In this document: one piece after another, positions 11,498 through 22,900 of the stretch
How the letters are laid out: every line of letters begins with the position of its first letter
How positions within the stretch are numbered: the first letter of the stretch is position 1
Source: Phaeosaccion multiseriatum
Taxonomy: Eukaryota; Protista; Ochrophyta, other classes
Length of the DNA: 64,000 nucleotides
Assembly: GCA_965112735.1 (NCBI GenBank)
Contig: OZ218959.1
Location: 1,178,001-1,242,000 of the forward strand
Direction of reading: 5' to 3'
Notes under the pieces: model-generated
What the model saw: only the letters and a program-made list of their open reading frames with translations
Databases searched by the model: none
What the model was told of the DNA's origin: nothing
Made by a program: the position numbers and the translations under genes

Positions 11498-13408
11498 TCG
11501 TCCTCATCTTCCTCCTCCTCCTGCTCCTCCTCCTCCTCCTCCTCCTCCTCCTCCTTCTCCTCCTCCTTCTTCTTCTTCTTCTTCTTCTTCTCCTCCTGCT
11601 GCTTCTTCTCCTCCCCCTCCTCCTCATCCTCCTTCTCCTCCTCCTGCTCTGCTGCTGTATCACCGACTGCTGTACCACCAAATGCTGGTGCGGTAGCCCG
11701 TCTCGTGCTTTGGCCCTTCGCCTCAAAATCGTCCCTCCTGCTCTTGCTCCCGCTCTTGCTCCTGCTCCTCATAAGGCTCCTGCTCCTACGCTCCCCAACT
11801 TCGCTCTCCTCTTCTTCTCCATCTCCTCCTCCTTCTCCTCCTCCTCCTCCTCCTCCTCCTCCTCCTCCTCCTCCTCCTCCTCCTCCTCCTCCTCCTCCTC
11901 CTCCTCCTCCTCCTCCTCCTCCTCCTCCTCCTCCTCCTCCTCCTCCTCCTCCTCCTCCTCCTCCTCCTCCTCCTCCTCCTCCTCCTCCTCCTCCTCCTCC
12001 TCCTCCTCCTCCTCCTCCTCCTCCTCCTCCTCCTCCTCTTCCTCCTCCTTCCCCTGCGATGTGATCGTCGGTATCATTGTCGCACGTGAGCTGCTCCTGG
12101 CTACACGCACCAAGGCTGCGCGTGGTGTTGAAATGTGCCGCTTCGTGCGTATCTCGACAGAAGGCGTGGCTGGCGTGGGGGAGGAGATCAGGGAGGGGGG
12201 GGGGATCAGTACACAGTGTGGGATGAAGCTCACACGCATACCCACACACGCACACACGCTCACACGCACACACACACACACACACACACGCAGCCACTTA
12301 CCGCAGCAGGGCCCGAGCCGCAGGTCGGAGCAACGGATCTGTTTGCAGGCAGAGAGACACAAACGATTGTCCCTCCTCGCTCAACCCGGGGGGGGGCGGA
12401 GGAGGGCTGTCCTGCACCACAAGCGCAAACACGGCGGCAGCAACGTTCCGGAAGGGGGCTCGGGCCGTGTACATTTGGGCCACTGGAGGTAGAGGAGAGT
12501 GGGAGGGAGGAGGTAGGGAGGGAGGGAGGCAGGGAGGGAGGGAAGGGGGGGGGATGGATGGAGGGAGCGACGGAGGGAGGGAGACGTGCATCGACGGGGG
12601 TGGATGAGAGCGGCTCGTGTGTGCCTGTGTTGAAAGAGAGAGAAGGAGAGAAGATAGGAAGATAGGGGGGGGAGGGAAAGAGAACAAGGGAACCCTGTGG
12701 CCCCCCACACGAGAGCGCGTCAGGTTCGATCGGTCCAATCCACAACCTCTCTCTCTCCCTCTCTCGCCCTCTCTCTCTGTCTCCCCCCCCCCCCCCTCTC
12801 TCCCTCTCTCTCCCTCCCTCCCTCCCTCTCTCTACCAATACACAGCCGTCACTTGCCTGTCAGTCCCAAGCTCCATACGTCACCCTTCATACTGCTGCTC
12901 CTGCTCCTGCTCCTGCTCCTTCTGCGGCTCCGTGGGCTGTGCTCTGATGCATCCCATCTACAGGCGTACCGTTCTGCGTCAGACGTCCGAGTAGCATCAG
13001 CGGCGGCAGCAGCAGTAGCAGCAGTGGCGGCGGCGGCGGCGGCGGCACGAAGATGGGGGCCCCTGTCTGGATCGAGCAGGGCCTGAGACCGAATGAGGCC
13101 ATTGTCTGGATCGAGCAGAGCCTGAGAGCGAAGGACCTCCGGGGCCATGAAGAGGGGCGTTCCCGTCACCCCCTTCATCGGGGGGTCTTCGCCTTCTTGT
13201 GGCGCCCCTCGTCCCTCTCCATCTTGCCGTTGTGGTTGTTCCTCCTCCCCATCTGCTGCAGCTATCGCCCCTCCTCTCCCTTCGGCCTTATCGCTTGGCC
13301 AGTGCATGTCATTGCCAGGTGGAGTGACTCTCGTGCTGCAGCCGAAGTCCGCGAGCTTGATGACCCCCCCCCGGAAGAGAAGCACTTGCAGCACGCAGTA
13401 CCAACAAG

Positions 13409-13505
<97 letters not shown>

Positions 13506-15398
13506 CGATTGATCTCAGGTACTTAGTACTTTACCACCCATCACAGATCGATGTGGTGTGGCGTGGGATACAACATGGAACCGTTGGGCGTTGGTTGCAA
13601 GTTCGAACTGGCCTGGCAACACACACAGACCTAAACAGATACACACACTCACACACACTCACTCACTCACTCACACACACACACACACTCACGATTGGAG
13701 GGCTTGAGGTCGTTGTGGCGGATGAGCTTTCCGTGCAGGTACGAGAGACCTTTGAGCAGCTGACGAGAGTAGCGCCGCACAATAGCCTCGCTGAAGGGGC
13801 CGAACACCTTCAGGGCTGCCGCTACGCTGCCTTCGCTCGCAAACTCGAGGAAGATGTTGAGCTTGGTGCCCACGCGTTGGCTGCCGAGGCACTTGATGAT
13901 GTTGTCGTGGCTCATGCTCTGCAGCAGCGACATTTCCTTCCGTAAGGCCTCCACTTGCCTGTCCTGCCTGCTGCTACTACTCGTACGCTTAGGGCGGTAC
14001 TGTGTGGGTCGCCGACTCTGGCGTATCACCAACTGCTGCTGCTGCTGCTTCGACTCAGGCAGGCATTCTCTCCCCACCCCCCCTTGCCCAAGCTTGTCCT
14101 CCCTGTCTTGAAGCTCGTCGAGGTCAGACAAAGCTTGGCAATCCTTCCCCTCGTCCTCTTCCTCCCCTTTCTCCTCTTGGTGGGATTGCTTGTCGTTGTG
14201 TTGGTGGTGGTGGTGGTGGCGGTGGTGGTGGTGTTGGTGATGATGGTGGTGATGGGGAGCCCGGCGTGGCCGCTGCTGAACCTTCTTCAGGCTAACTTGC
14301 TTCACAGCAAAGCAGAGGCCTGTCATTGCGTTTAGACGGCGTTCCGGGTGTGCACGTCCGTGAGCAAGACGAGGATATATAGAGAGAGAGGCACCAGAGT
14401 ATCAGCTGGGCCGCAGAGGTAGGATGCCCAGCAGTTTCTCAGTACTTGTACTTCTTTGGTACATCGTGGGGAGTAAAACGTCTTTCCTTTCTTCCTAACA
14501 CTGTCGCACGCGTGCTCTCACCTGTGCGGAGATCGAGAGCGCTATAGACCCGGCCAAAGCTGCCTTGCCCAAGGAGAGTCCCCCGCTGCCACACCAAGTC
14601 TCGTCCCCAAGCATCCGCCTCCTTCCTCGCGCTCTCCTCATCGTGTCCATCCTCTCCATCGCCCTTCTCCTCCTCCTTCCCCTCCTCCTCCTCATTCTCG
14701 CTTGTTTGCTCTATCGAGCAACGTGTCGAGTGACTAGTGCGTTCAACGCTTCTATCCCTTACCTCATCGCCTCCGGCCTTGGTTGCTCCAGGCAAGATCG
14801 CCCTCTGTGCTGCAGCCTCACCGCCCCGAAACGGTGCCACCGTAGCCCCTGCTGGGGAATAACGACCGGTCCCTTTCCGCAGCAGATCACCGAGCCGCCC
14901 TCCATCGGTTGTTGAATGCCACGTAGAACTCAAAAGTTTGGTGGTAGTGGCACACTTTACTTCCTTCAGCCACCCACCCCCTTCCTTGTTCTCCTCCTCT
15001 TCTTCATCATCACCATCGTCAATCATCTGAGACTCGATCCGCGATTTCACTGCCTCAAAGGGCGACTTTTTCGTCCTTGCTCCTGCGCTGCTTGTGTTGC
15101 TGCTACTGGTGGCGCCACTGCCATCGCTGCTGCTGTCCTCGTCGCTACTGCTGGTTCCACTACTACTGCTACAGCTACTACTTGCGCTGCTACGACCGCT
15201 ACTACTGGCGTTGCTACTTCTTGAGCTGCTACCACCACTGCGACAGCTCCTGCTACTACTGGAGCTGCCAGCACAATCTTTCCCCAGCACCGCCCTCAAC
15301 AACTTCTGATTGGGGTTAAAACCCTTCGCAAGCAGCTGCTTGTGAAGAATAGCGTACAGTGCATCGGGACCTTTCCCCTCTGTATGGAAGATGTCCAT
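11356..15398 (-). CDS. Ser/Thr protein kinase, STE11/MEKK (MAP3K)-like, with long insertions
   Basis: Exons 15398-14522, 14319-13693, 13384-12857, 12482-12302, 12169-11356. Motifs WQRGTLLGQGSFGRVY, FAVKQV, LRKEMSLLQSMSHDNII, IFLEF, HNDLKPSN, IKLADFG, GTPLFMAPE, DVWSLG, CLQTDPLLRP. Intron 12856-12483 has a GC donor. Confidence 0.88.
11836..12038. repeat. Pure (CCT/GGA)n run of about 200 bp, encoding poly-Gly in the last kinase exon
   Basis: Uninterrupted TCC repeat. Confidence 0.95.
13411..13505. repeat. (CAA)n microsatellite in a kinase intron
   Basis: About 31 pure CAA units, lying just upstream of the acceptor on the minus strand. Confidence 0.95.
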
Positions 15399-15716
15399 GC
15401 GCTTTGGAAGGAAAAGAACTCAACTGTTCCAGTTTCAGTTTCAGCTGCCCCTCAGCTCGACTCGTTGACATACGCAATTTGGGTTTCAGCTCGTGACTGA
15501 TCCTTTGTGGCGACGACCCTTCCCTGTATCAAGAAGCAGAGAACGAATTAGAAAGAGCAGTAAACAGAGCCAATCACCCCCTGCGTCAGTCACCTCCGCA
15601 CAGTATCCAGTGATAGCTGATTGCACTGCATTCGGCTTTGAGGATACTGTCTTCCAGCAACACAAACTCCGCTCTCCACCCTCCCATCCGCTCTCTCTTT
15701 GCCCCCCAAGCACACC

Positions 15717-16782
15717 ATGGCTGACTCTGCGGTGAACCCCAAGGCGTACCCTCTTGCGGGAGCAGACCTGACTGTGGCCATTCTGGACCTTGTGCAGCAG
15801 GCGAGCAACTACAAGCAGCTCAAGAAGGGAGCGAATGAGGGTAAGGTTCAGAGGCGATGGCAAGGGGAGCGGATTGTGGAGAGGACAAGGAAAGAAGAGG
15901 TTACTGTACGACTGAGGAATACATCTAGCATGCTTATAAGTGGTCGTCATCGCTCTCTCTGCTACTGCTGCTGCCGCCGGTGTCGGTGGATGTCTTGGAT
16001 CCGCACCTCTCCTCTTCCCCGCCCCCCCCCCCTCCCCTCTCCTTCTGACCCCTCTTCCCTCCTTCCCTCCCTCCCTCCCTCCCCCCTTCGTTCCTTCCTT
16101 CCTTCGTTCCTTCCTTCGTTCCTTCCTTCGTTCCTTCCTCCTTTTCTCCCCTAGCCACCAAGACGCTGAACCGCGGCATCTCCGAGTTCATCGTGCTGGC
16201 GGCGGATGCCGACCCTCTGGAGATCCTCCTCCACCTCCCCCTCCTTTGCGAGGACAAGAACGTTCCCTACGTGTTCGTGCCCAGTAAGGTGCGGTCCTCA
16301 GCTTCAATTTGAAAATGTCTGTGCTGGAGTCAGGGGTTCAATGGAGGGAAGGAAGAGAGACATGAGAAAAGTTGTTTTGAATGTTTGTGTCACACCACGT
16401 GTCTTCCGTTCCCTGGCCCCTTGGGGGTATGGATGGGTCTCAAGGCGCCGCTCCGCCACTCCCTCATATGATGTCCTTTTTTAGCGAATTGTTCTTATCA
16501 GCACCAAGAGCACTCTGAGGAGATTTTCAGTTTTTAGGTACAGTGGGCTGAATGCCTTGACCTCACCAAAGACCACGAAACACCTACATTATGACCCTGA
16601 ATCCTGACACCGCTGCCCTCTTTCCTCTGCTCCTTGCGATCACACACCCGCAGGTGGCGCTGGGACGTGCGTGTGGAGTGTCACGACCGGTGATTAGCTG
16701 CAGCGTGACGACTAACGAGGCCTCGCAGCTCAAGGACCAGATCCAGACACTTAAGGACCAGATCGAGCAGTTGCTCATCTGA
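15717..16782 (+). CDS. SNU13: Snu13/15.5K/NHP2L1, K-turn-binding protein of box C/D and U4 RNPs
   Basis: Exons 15717-15840, 16155-16288, 16654-16782: [14 protein letters not shown]...[68 protein letters not shown]...IEQLLI. Confidence 0.98.
16465..16554 (+). ncRNA. Intronic box C/D snoRNA-like RNA in SNU13 intron 2
   Basis: CAT + ATGATGT (box C-like, 16468-16474) ... CTGA (box D, 16548-16551) + ATG terminal stem. Outer stem TCAAGGC/GCCTTGA, internal hairpin TGTTCTT/AAGAGCA and a C'-like TGAGGA. The sequence before box D, TAGGTACAGTGGG, is 12/13 complementary to the conserved LSU rRNA segment CCCACUGUCCCUA. Confidence 0.7.
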
Positions 16783-17729
16783 GGAGGGCAAGCAAGCCAA
16801 GCAATCTAGCAGCTGCTCATCTCCAGGGGGGCAAGGGAAGCAAGAGTAGACGCAATACGATTCGATTTGATTCGATTCAAGTCTGATGTGCACGGGACCG
16901 TGTGCGCACGAGCGCGGCTCTACCTTCGCCTCTTACCGTGTCTCCTCCCCCCGTTTAGGTAGAAGTTTAGGTAGCCAGGGGCGAGGTGGATTTGGGGAAG
17001 AGGGGCGGGGGGGGGGGGAGGTCGCACACAATAAGCCCGAATGACGGTGGCGACAGAGGGAGACGGCGGAAGGGCTCTCGAATCAAGAGCCCACTCCTGC
17101 CACGTCATATCCCAGGCTAATACAACAGGACAGGCGCTGTGCCACCGTTGGTTCTACACTTGCATGGTTCTACACTGGCACGCGTGGCCCACAGCTGACG
17201 GCTCAGGAGTGTGTGTATGTTTGTATTTGTATTAATGTACAGTGGGCGGGGGGGGAGGTCGCAGGGGCTGGATATACAGCAGCAGAGCTAACACGCCCCC
17301 GAGAGAGCAACACAGCACTGACGCCCACAAGTGACCGTGCGTCAGCCATTTGCCGCCTCTTCCTTTGTGGCGTTTCACAGGCCAAGACAGCGCCTGCTCT
17401 GAGGCAAAGGACTGCACGCACAGAGCCGCAACTCCGACTTTTATTGTTTCCCCAAAGGGAACGGAAGCAGCTGTTGTGTTGTTGCTGCGCTGTGCATAGA
17501 TCGATCGCTCCCTTCCGGCCATCAATGAGCCACACAGCGTCAGCACACGACCAGAGCGAAGACAAGTCTGTGACTGGCCTCGCCGATGTGCATCCCCGAT
17601 GACAGAGACCCAGAGGACGAGGACAAGACAGCTGCTCCTGCTGCTGCCCGCCCTGCTTCTCTGCCCCTCCCTCATGTCCCTCGCCATTCATGGTTGGTGC
17701 TGCACAAATTGACATGAGGAGGGACTCCA

Positions 17730-18468
17730 TCAAAACTCTTGCACCCCGAAGAGGTGCTTTCCCCCCTCGTAGGACGAAATCATGATAGCACAAGCCGGCG
17801 CCACTCGCATGAGGCGAGCTTTGAGGCCCGAGAAGGCGCCTTGCAGACCCTCCTGCCGCACAATGCCTAGAAGGACGGCCAAGCTGCCTTGCCCTCCCCT
17901 GGGACACGAACTCGTGCTGCAGCTTCTGCTGCTGCTGCTCGTCGTGTGGATGATGTCCTCGGTGTATGACTCCACTTGCCTTCGCGTCTTGACCACATCA
18001 AAGGGGTGCGTCACGAGAGACGCCACCGTACCTGCCCCTGCCCCGGCCACAAAGGACCGCAACATGACGTCACCAGCTTCATCGGAGGAGTTGTGCTGAC
18101 TTACTCCTGCTCCTCCTCCTCCTCCTCCTCTTCCTCCTCTCGTCCTCCGCTGCTCCTGCAGGCCCTCTAAATTGGCGCGGATGGCGTCGTATCCCACCCA
18201 ATACATGACACTGAAGGGCACGTCCCTCCACAGTGTGGGCCCCAGCCCTTTCCATAGACCCAAAAACCCGCGCTCGCCGCGCACTGTGGTCAGAAAGATC
18301 CTCCGTATCGAGGAGCGCTGCCCCTCTTCTTGGGCGAGCATCTTTGTGCGGATCAGTTCCAGAGGCGAGACCACCGTTTGGGTCATCGACCGAGCCAAAC
18401 CCCCCGCTAGCGCTGGAACGGCCGCTTGCTTCAAACCGGCGCTGGTGCTGCTACTGCTATTACTTCTC

Positions 18469-18500
<32 letters not shown>

Positions 18501-19654
18501 GCCACTACTACCACTGCTCCTGCCGCTCTGATCGCTTGTTGCCAGCCGCGCCTGCAAAGTCTCCTTCAGCGAGTCGTAGCACGTAAAGTATATGGCTGTT
18601 TGTGGCACAGCCATGAGGAGCGTGGGGCTGAGGCCGCTGTACAGGCCGCTCACCCCCTCCGTGCGGCCTGCGGTGTTGGACGAAAGTGGATTGGGGGGGG
18701 GAGAGGGAAGGAAGAATGGCAGGCAATGGCAGAGTCGTAGATGGAGGTGAGACGCACGCACGCACACACGCACGTAAGGCATACACACGCACGGCATGTG
18801 TGTCCCATCAGCCTGCTCCAGCTCCTGCCCCAGCTCCTCCCTCACCTATCCGAAACAGAGCTGACAGCACGCCTGTGCCCCGATTTATGCCGCCAGTTAA
18901 CGCCCCATTCTGCCCCCCATTGGCGATTGGTTTGGAGAGCAGGTGGACAAGCTTATGCCCCCTGTGTGGAGGGGATAGCGACAGTGGCGATGTGGTTAGG
19001 GAAATGATCACACCCTGGGGCGCAGAGATGGATACGGGAATCAGGGTGGATGGAGACGAACAACGGCAGAGGACAGACAAACGTAATGAGAGTTACATGC
19101 AACACTTACCTGGACACGCAGATATCCGTCAACCCATTTCGGACCAAGAACACGCCACAGCTGTTACAGCGGACCAAGAGGGAACTTTCCGCCTTCATGG
19201 CTGCTGATGCGGCTTCTGAAGCTGCTTCGGACACCACTGACGCTCCACTACTCGCCTGCATCCTCGTCTTGACCACATCCAATGGTGTTACTGCCAGAGA
19301 CGTGAGTACCGCCCCCACACAAGCGGAAATCATCTTCTCCAATAGCGGAGCAGCTCTTGGAGGCTGAGGAGACGGGTTGCAGTCAGAAGACCCCGGAGAG
19401 GAAACAGCAGTGGCGGCAGCCGTGGTAACAGCTGCAGCGGCTGCAGCTCCAGCCGCATTTGCGGCCGATGTCCGCAGACCCACCGGTGCTGATGTCGCTG
19501 TGTTGGATCCCAACCCTGAGCTGAGTATCCTCCGCGCCACGGCAGGCGGGGCCACGACCGGAGATGCCTGCGTCGGCTGGTGCCGCCGCTGCTGCTGCCG
19601 CTGCTGCTGAGCTCCTCCGTCTCCCCCCCTCGTTATGGCCACCACGGCCACCAT
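17730..19654 (-). CDS. Mitochondrial carrier, SLC25A39/SLC25A40/Mtm1 subfamily (probable glutathione carrier)
   Basis: Exons 19654-19110, 18961-18846, 18667-17730. Three carrier signatures (TPLDVVKTRMQ, SPLELIRTKM, HPFDVVKTRRQ). Subfamily motifs GLSPTLLMAVPQTAIYFTCYD, GLGPTLWRDVPFS.MYW, RVAPACAIMISSYE. Confidence 0.92.
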
Positions 19655-19921
19655 CTCGGGGCAAGCGCGTAAGCGCGCACACGGCGGGTGGTGGTCAGAT
19701 GGCACTCGATACACATTGTAATTTGTCAGAAGTCCTCAGATGGCACTTGATGGAGAGAAAAGAGAGGAGAGACTTACTGACAAACCGCCAATTATTGAGA
19801 GAGGAAAACACAAAAAATAGATAACAAACAAGAACGAGGCGAACGGACTTGGAAGGAGAAGCAGTGGGGGGCTGGGTGTCTCTCTTTGTCTTCGGGCCCT
19901 CTCCGGGAATCCTGGGAAAGG

Positions 19922-22900
19922 ATGGATCGCGGCGCGGTAAGAGTAACATGGTGAAGAGATGCCAGCTTTACAGAATCCTTCCCCCTCCTCCTTTCTGTCT
20001 CCACGCCCCTCCCTTCTTCTCTCTCCTTCTCCCTCTAAATTTGGAGCTCTCCCTTAATCAAACCTCAAACCTCACCCCCCCACCCCACCACGGTTTGAAA
20101 GCATGTAGCTCCTGAGTGGGGGGTGTGAAATCTGCGTCTGCTTAATGATGGAGCGCAGCCCCTTCCCCTCTGTCAGGCTGTCATCTCGCCCCTTCTGACC
20201 CTGCCCCAAGCCTTCTTACAAAGCTCTTTGCGCGGACTGTCCCTCCCCTCGCCTCGCTGCCTCCCTCTCAGATGGGGGTGGCGAGCGACAGGCGCCTCGA
20301 CCTTTCTAACATTCGCAAGTATGTCAAGCTCAATAACCAGTCAAGGGAGAACCGCGCCAAGCTCGTCGAGCACAAGGGCTGGCAGAATGGGAGGTAAGCG
20401 CACTCCTTACTTTATGACTCTAGTTCATTCATCCTTCACAAGTTGGCCAACGGAAGCGTTATTTGGGGAGAAGAGAGACGGTGGGAACTCTCACACGCTA
20501 CGATGGCTTGTGCGTGTCATGGTCGAGGAAGATAGTGCCTACTCGAAGCGCATCTGTTGTGCTTTAGCATTCTTCCTTCCTCTCTTCTCACCGCACCCCG
20601 CCTCCTCCTCGACCTCGCTTTGCTCTGCCTCTGCTCAGACGAACAAAGACTGTGATCAACGACGATGCCATTGAGACAGACGAGAATGGTTACAGTAACG
20701 TCGAGTCCTTCTGGGCGGCGGCCAGCTATGGTGAGATCCTCTCCAATTCAGAGTATCCCCTCTACATCCAGAAGAAGCACTCCACATGGCCCCTTTCCCT
20801 TTCAAGAACCCCTATCCTCTCGCTCTGTATGGATGGATTCACGCCTCTATCTGCGCGTCCTATCTACTGCGCTCACTCATGTACATTCCTCACCTTTGAG
20901 CGTTATTTGCGCCCCCATTCCCGTGCGCGTTTGTTTCAGGTGAGTTGGCTCCGTCCACCCCTGCCATGAATGGAGGTACAGCGGACTCAACTCCACCGTC
21001 TGGAGGTTCTTTGGCTGCTTCGGAAGCGATTGACAGAGAGGAGGACGGAGAAGATGAAGTGAGAGAAGGGGAAGAGGAAGAGAGGCAGGAGGGGGAAGCT
21101 GGAGGGCAAGGTGCAGGGTCGGAGGATGAGGAGGAAGAAGGATTGACGTCAGCGCACGAGCCGACCCAGCTGGAGAAGACTCCATCTGAAGCAGAGGCGC
21201 AATCAAGCTCAGATGACGACGATGGAGGAGGAGGAGGAGGAGGAGGAGGAGGAGGAGGTGAGGACAGCGACATACGGGGCGCTGACCATGAAGAGGACAG
21301 GAGCGAGCCCCCCTCTCCGCCTACTTCTGCGGCCAGCAAGCGAGGGGCTGGTGAGGACGAGGATGAGGACGAGGACGAAGAAGTGGAGGATGGGCCTGCG
21401 TCCGGTGCTGACGCAACTCCTGCGCCAAAGCCTAAGGCTAGCAAAGGAAGCAGCGCCAGGGGGGGCAGCAGCAGCAGGGGCAGCGCATCGCCCGCTCCTC
21501 ACAGGCGGCTCTCCTTCCTTCCCAAGGTAATTGAAGCAAGGAGCACTACCGTCTGTCTGTCTGTCTGTCTGTCTGGCTGGCTGGCTGTCTGGCTGTCCTC
21601 AGCCTGTCTGTCTGTCTGTCTTGGGGGATATCTGTATGTCTACCTGCGCGGCGTCTCGTGCCTTGGATGGCACCAAACGTGGAGAGGAAGAGCGGTCGTC
21701 GTTCGTAGGTGGCTGTCTCGCGAGGGGCATTTCCATAATCTGAAGGCTTCTCTCTTTTTCTTGGAGCTCACCCTTCCCTCTCCCTCACCACGCCTCGTCC
21801 CCACCTGCTTCCACATCGGGTACCACCCCACTCCCCGCCACTCTCCACTCTGACCGACTCTCACACCCGCCACTCTCCACTGTGATTGACTCTTACAGGG
21901 ACTGCCCACTCCAAGGAGCGAGGACGTGGTGGTGTTTGACGATGATGACGAATCGACTGATGAGGAGGCCCCAGACTTCGCGGCTCCCTCCCCTGATGCA
22001 GCGGCCGCAAAGGCCAAGGCTGCCAAAGCGAAGAAGAAGGGGGGCATTGAGAAGGAGGAGGGGAAGGAAGAGGAGCAGGAGGAAGGTGGTAGAGGGAAGA
22101 GCAGCAGAAGGTCGAGCAGGAAGAAGAAGCAAGACGGAGGCAAAAAGTCGAGTACGGAGTCTGGGGACGACGATGGGAGCAAAGGTCCTAAGGAAGGGAC
22201 CAGCAGCAAGAAGAGCAGGAGTGGAAAGGCAGGGGCAAGAGCTGAAGCTGACCGAGAGAGCGGGAAAGAGGAGGAATCAAAGAAGGGAGGCAAAGGGCGA
22301 AGAGGGAGGAGAAAAGGTGATGAAGACGAGGGCAGCATTGAGGGCGAAGTGGGCGTGAAGGGGAAGGGGAAGGCAAAGGTTGGAGGGAAAAACAAGAAGA
22401 AGAAGGCACTCGAGTCGGAGGAGGAGTCGGAGGACGAGGACGACAAGGAGGAGGAGGAAGAGGAGGAGGAGGAGTCGGAGGAGGAGGAGGCAGAGAAATC
22501 TCAGGAAATGAAAGCAGTGAAGGGCAATCGTATAAGGAACATCTCCGAGGCCAAGGAGATGTCGACCGATGAAGAAGAGGAGGAGGAACCAGGGCAGGCG
22601 GTGAAGAGTGGCGAGCAGAAACGCAGCAGCAGCAGTAGCGTCGCCGCCGCCACCACCTTACCGACTGCACCGGCAGCAGGGGACGATGACTCGTCTGGAG
22701 AGGACAATGCAGGGGGGTACGACGATTTCGGCGGGGGAGAGATGGACAATTTCGGTGATGACGACTTTGACGGAGGGGGGGGAGAGGAGGAGGCGAGAGA
22801 CAGCGATGAAGCGTTGGCGCGGGAGAAGGACGACGATGAGGAAGAGGACGAAGAGGAAGAGAAAGTCCAGGACACGAAGACGAAGGGCAAGAGCAAGGGG

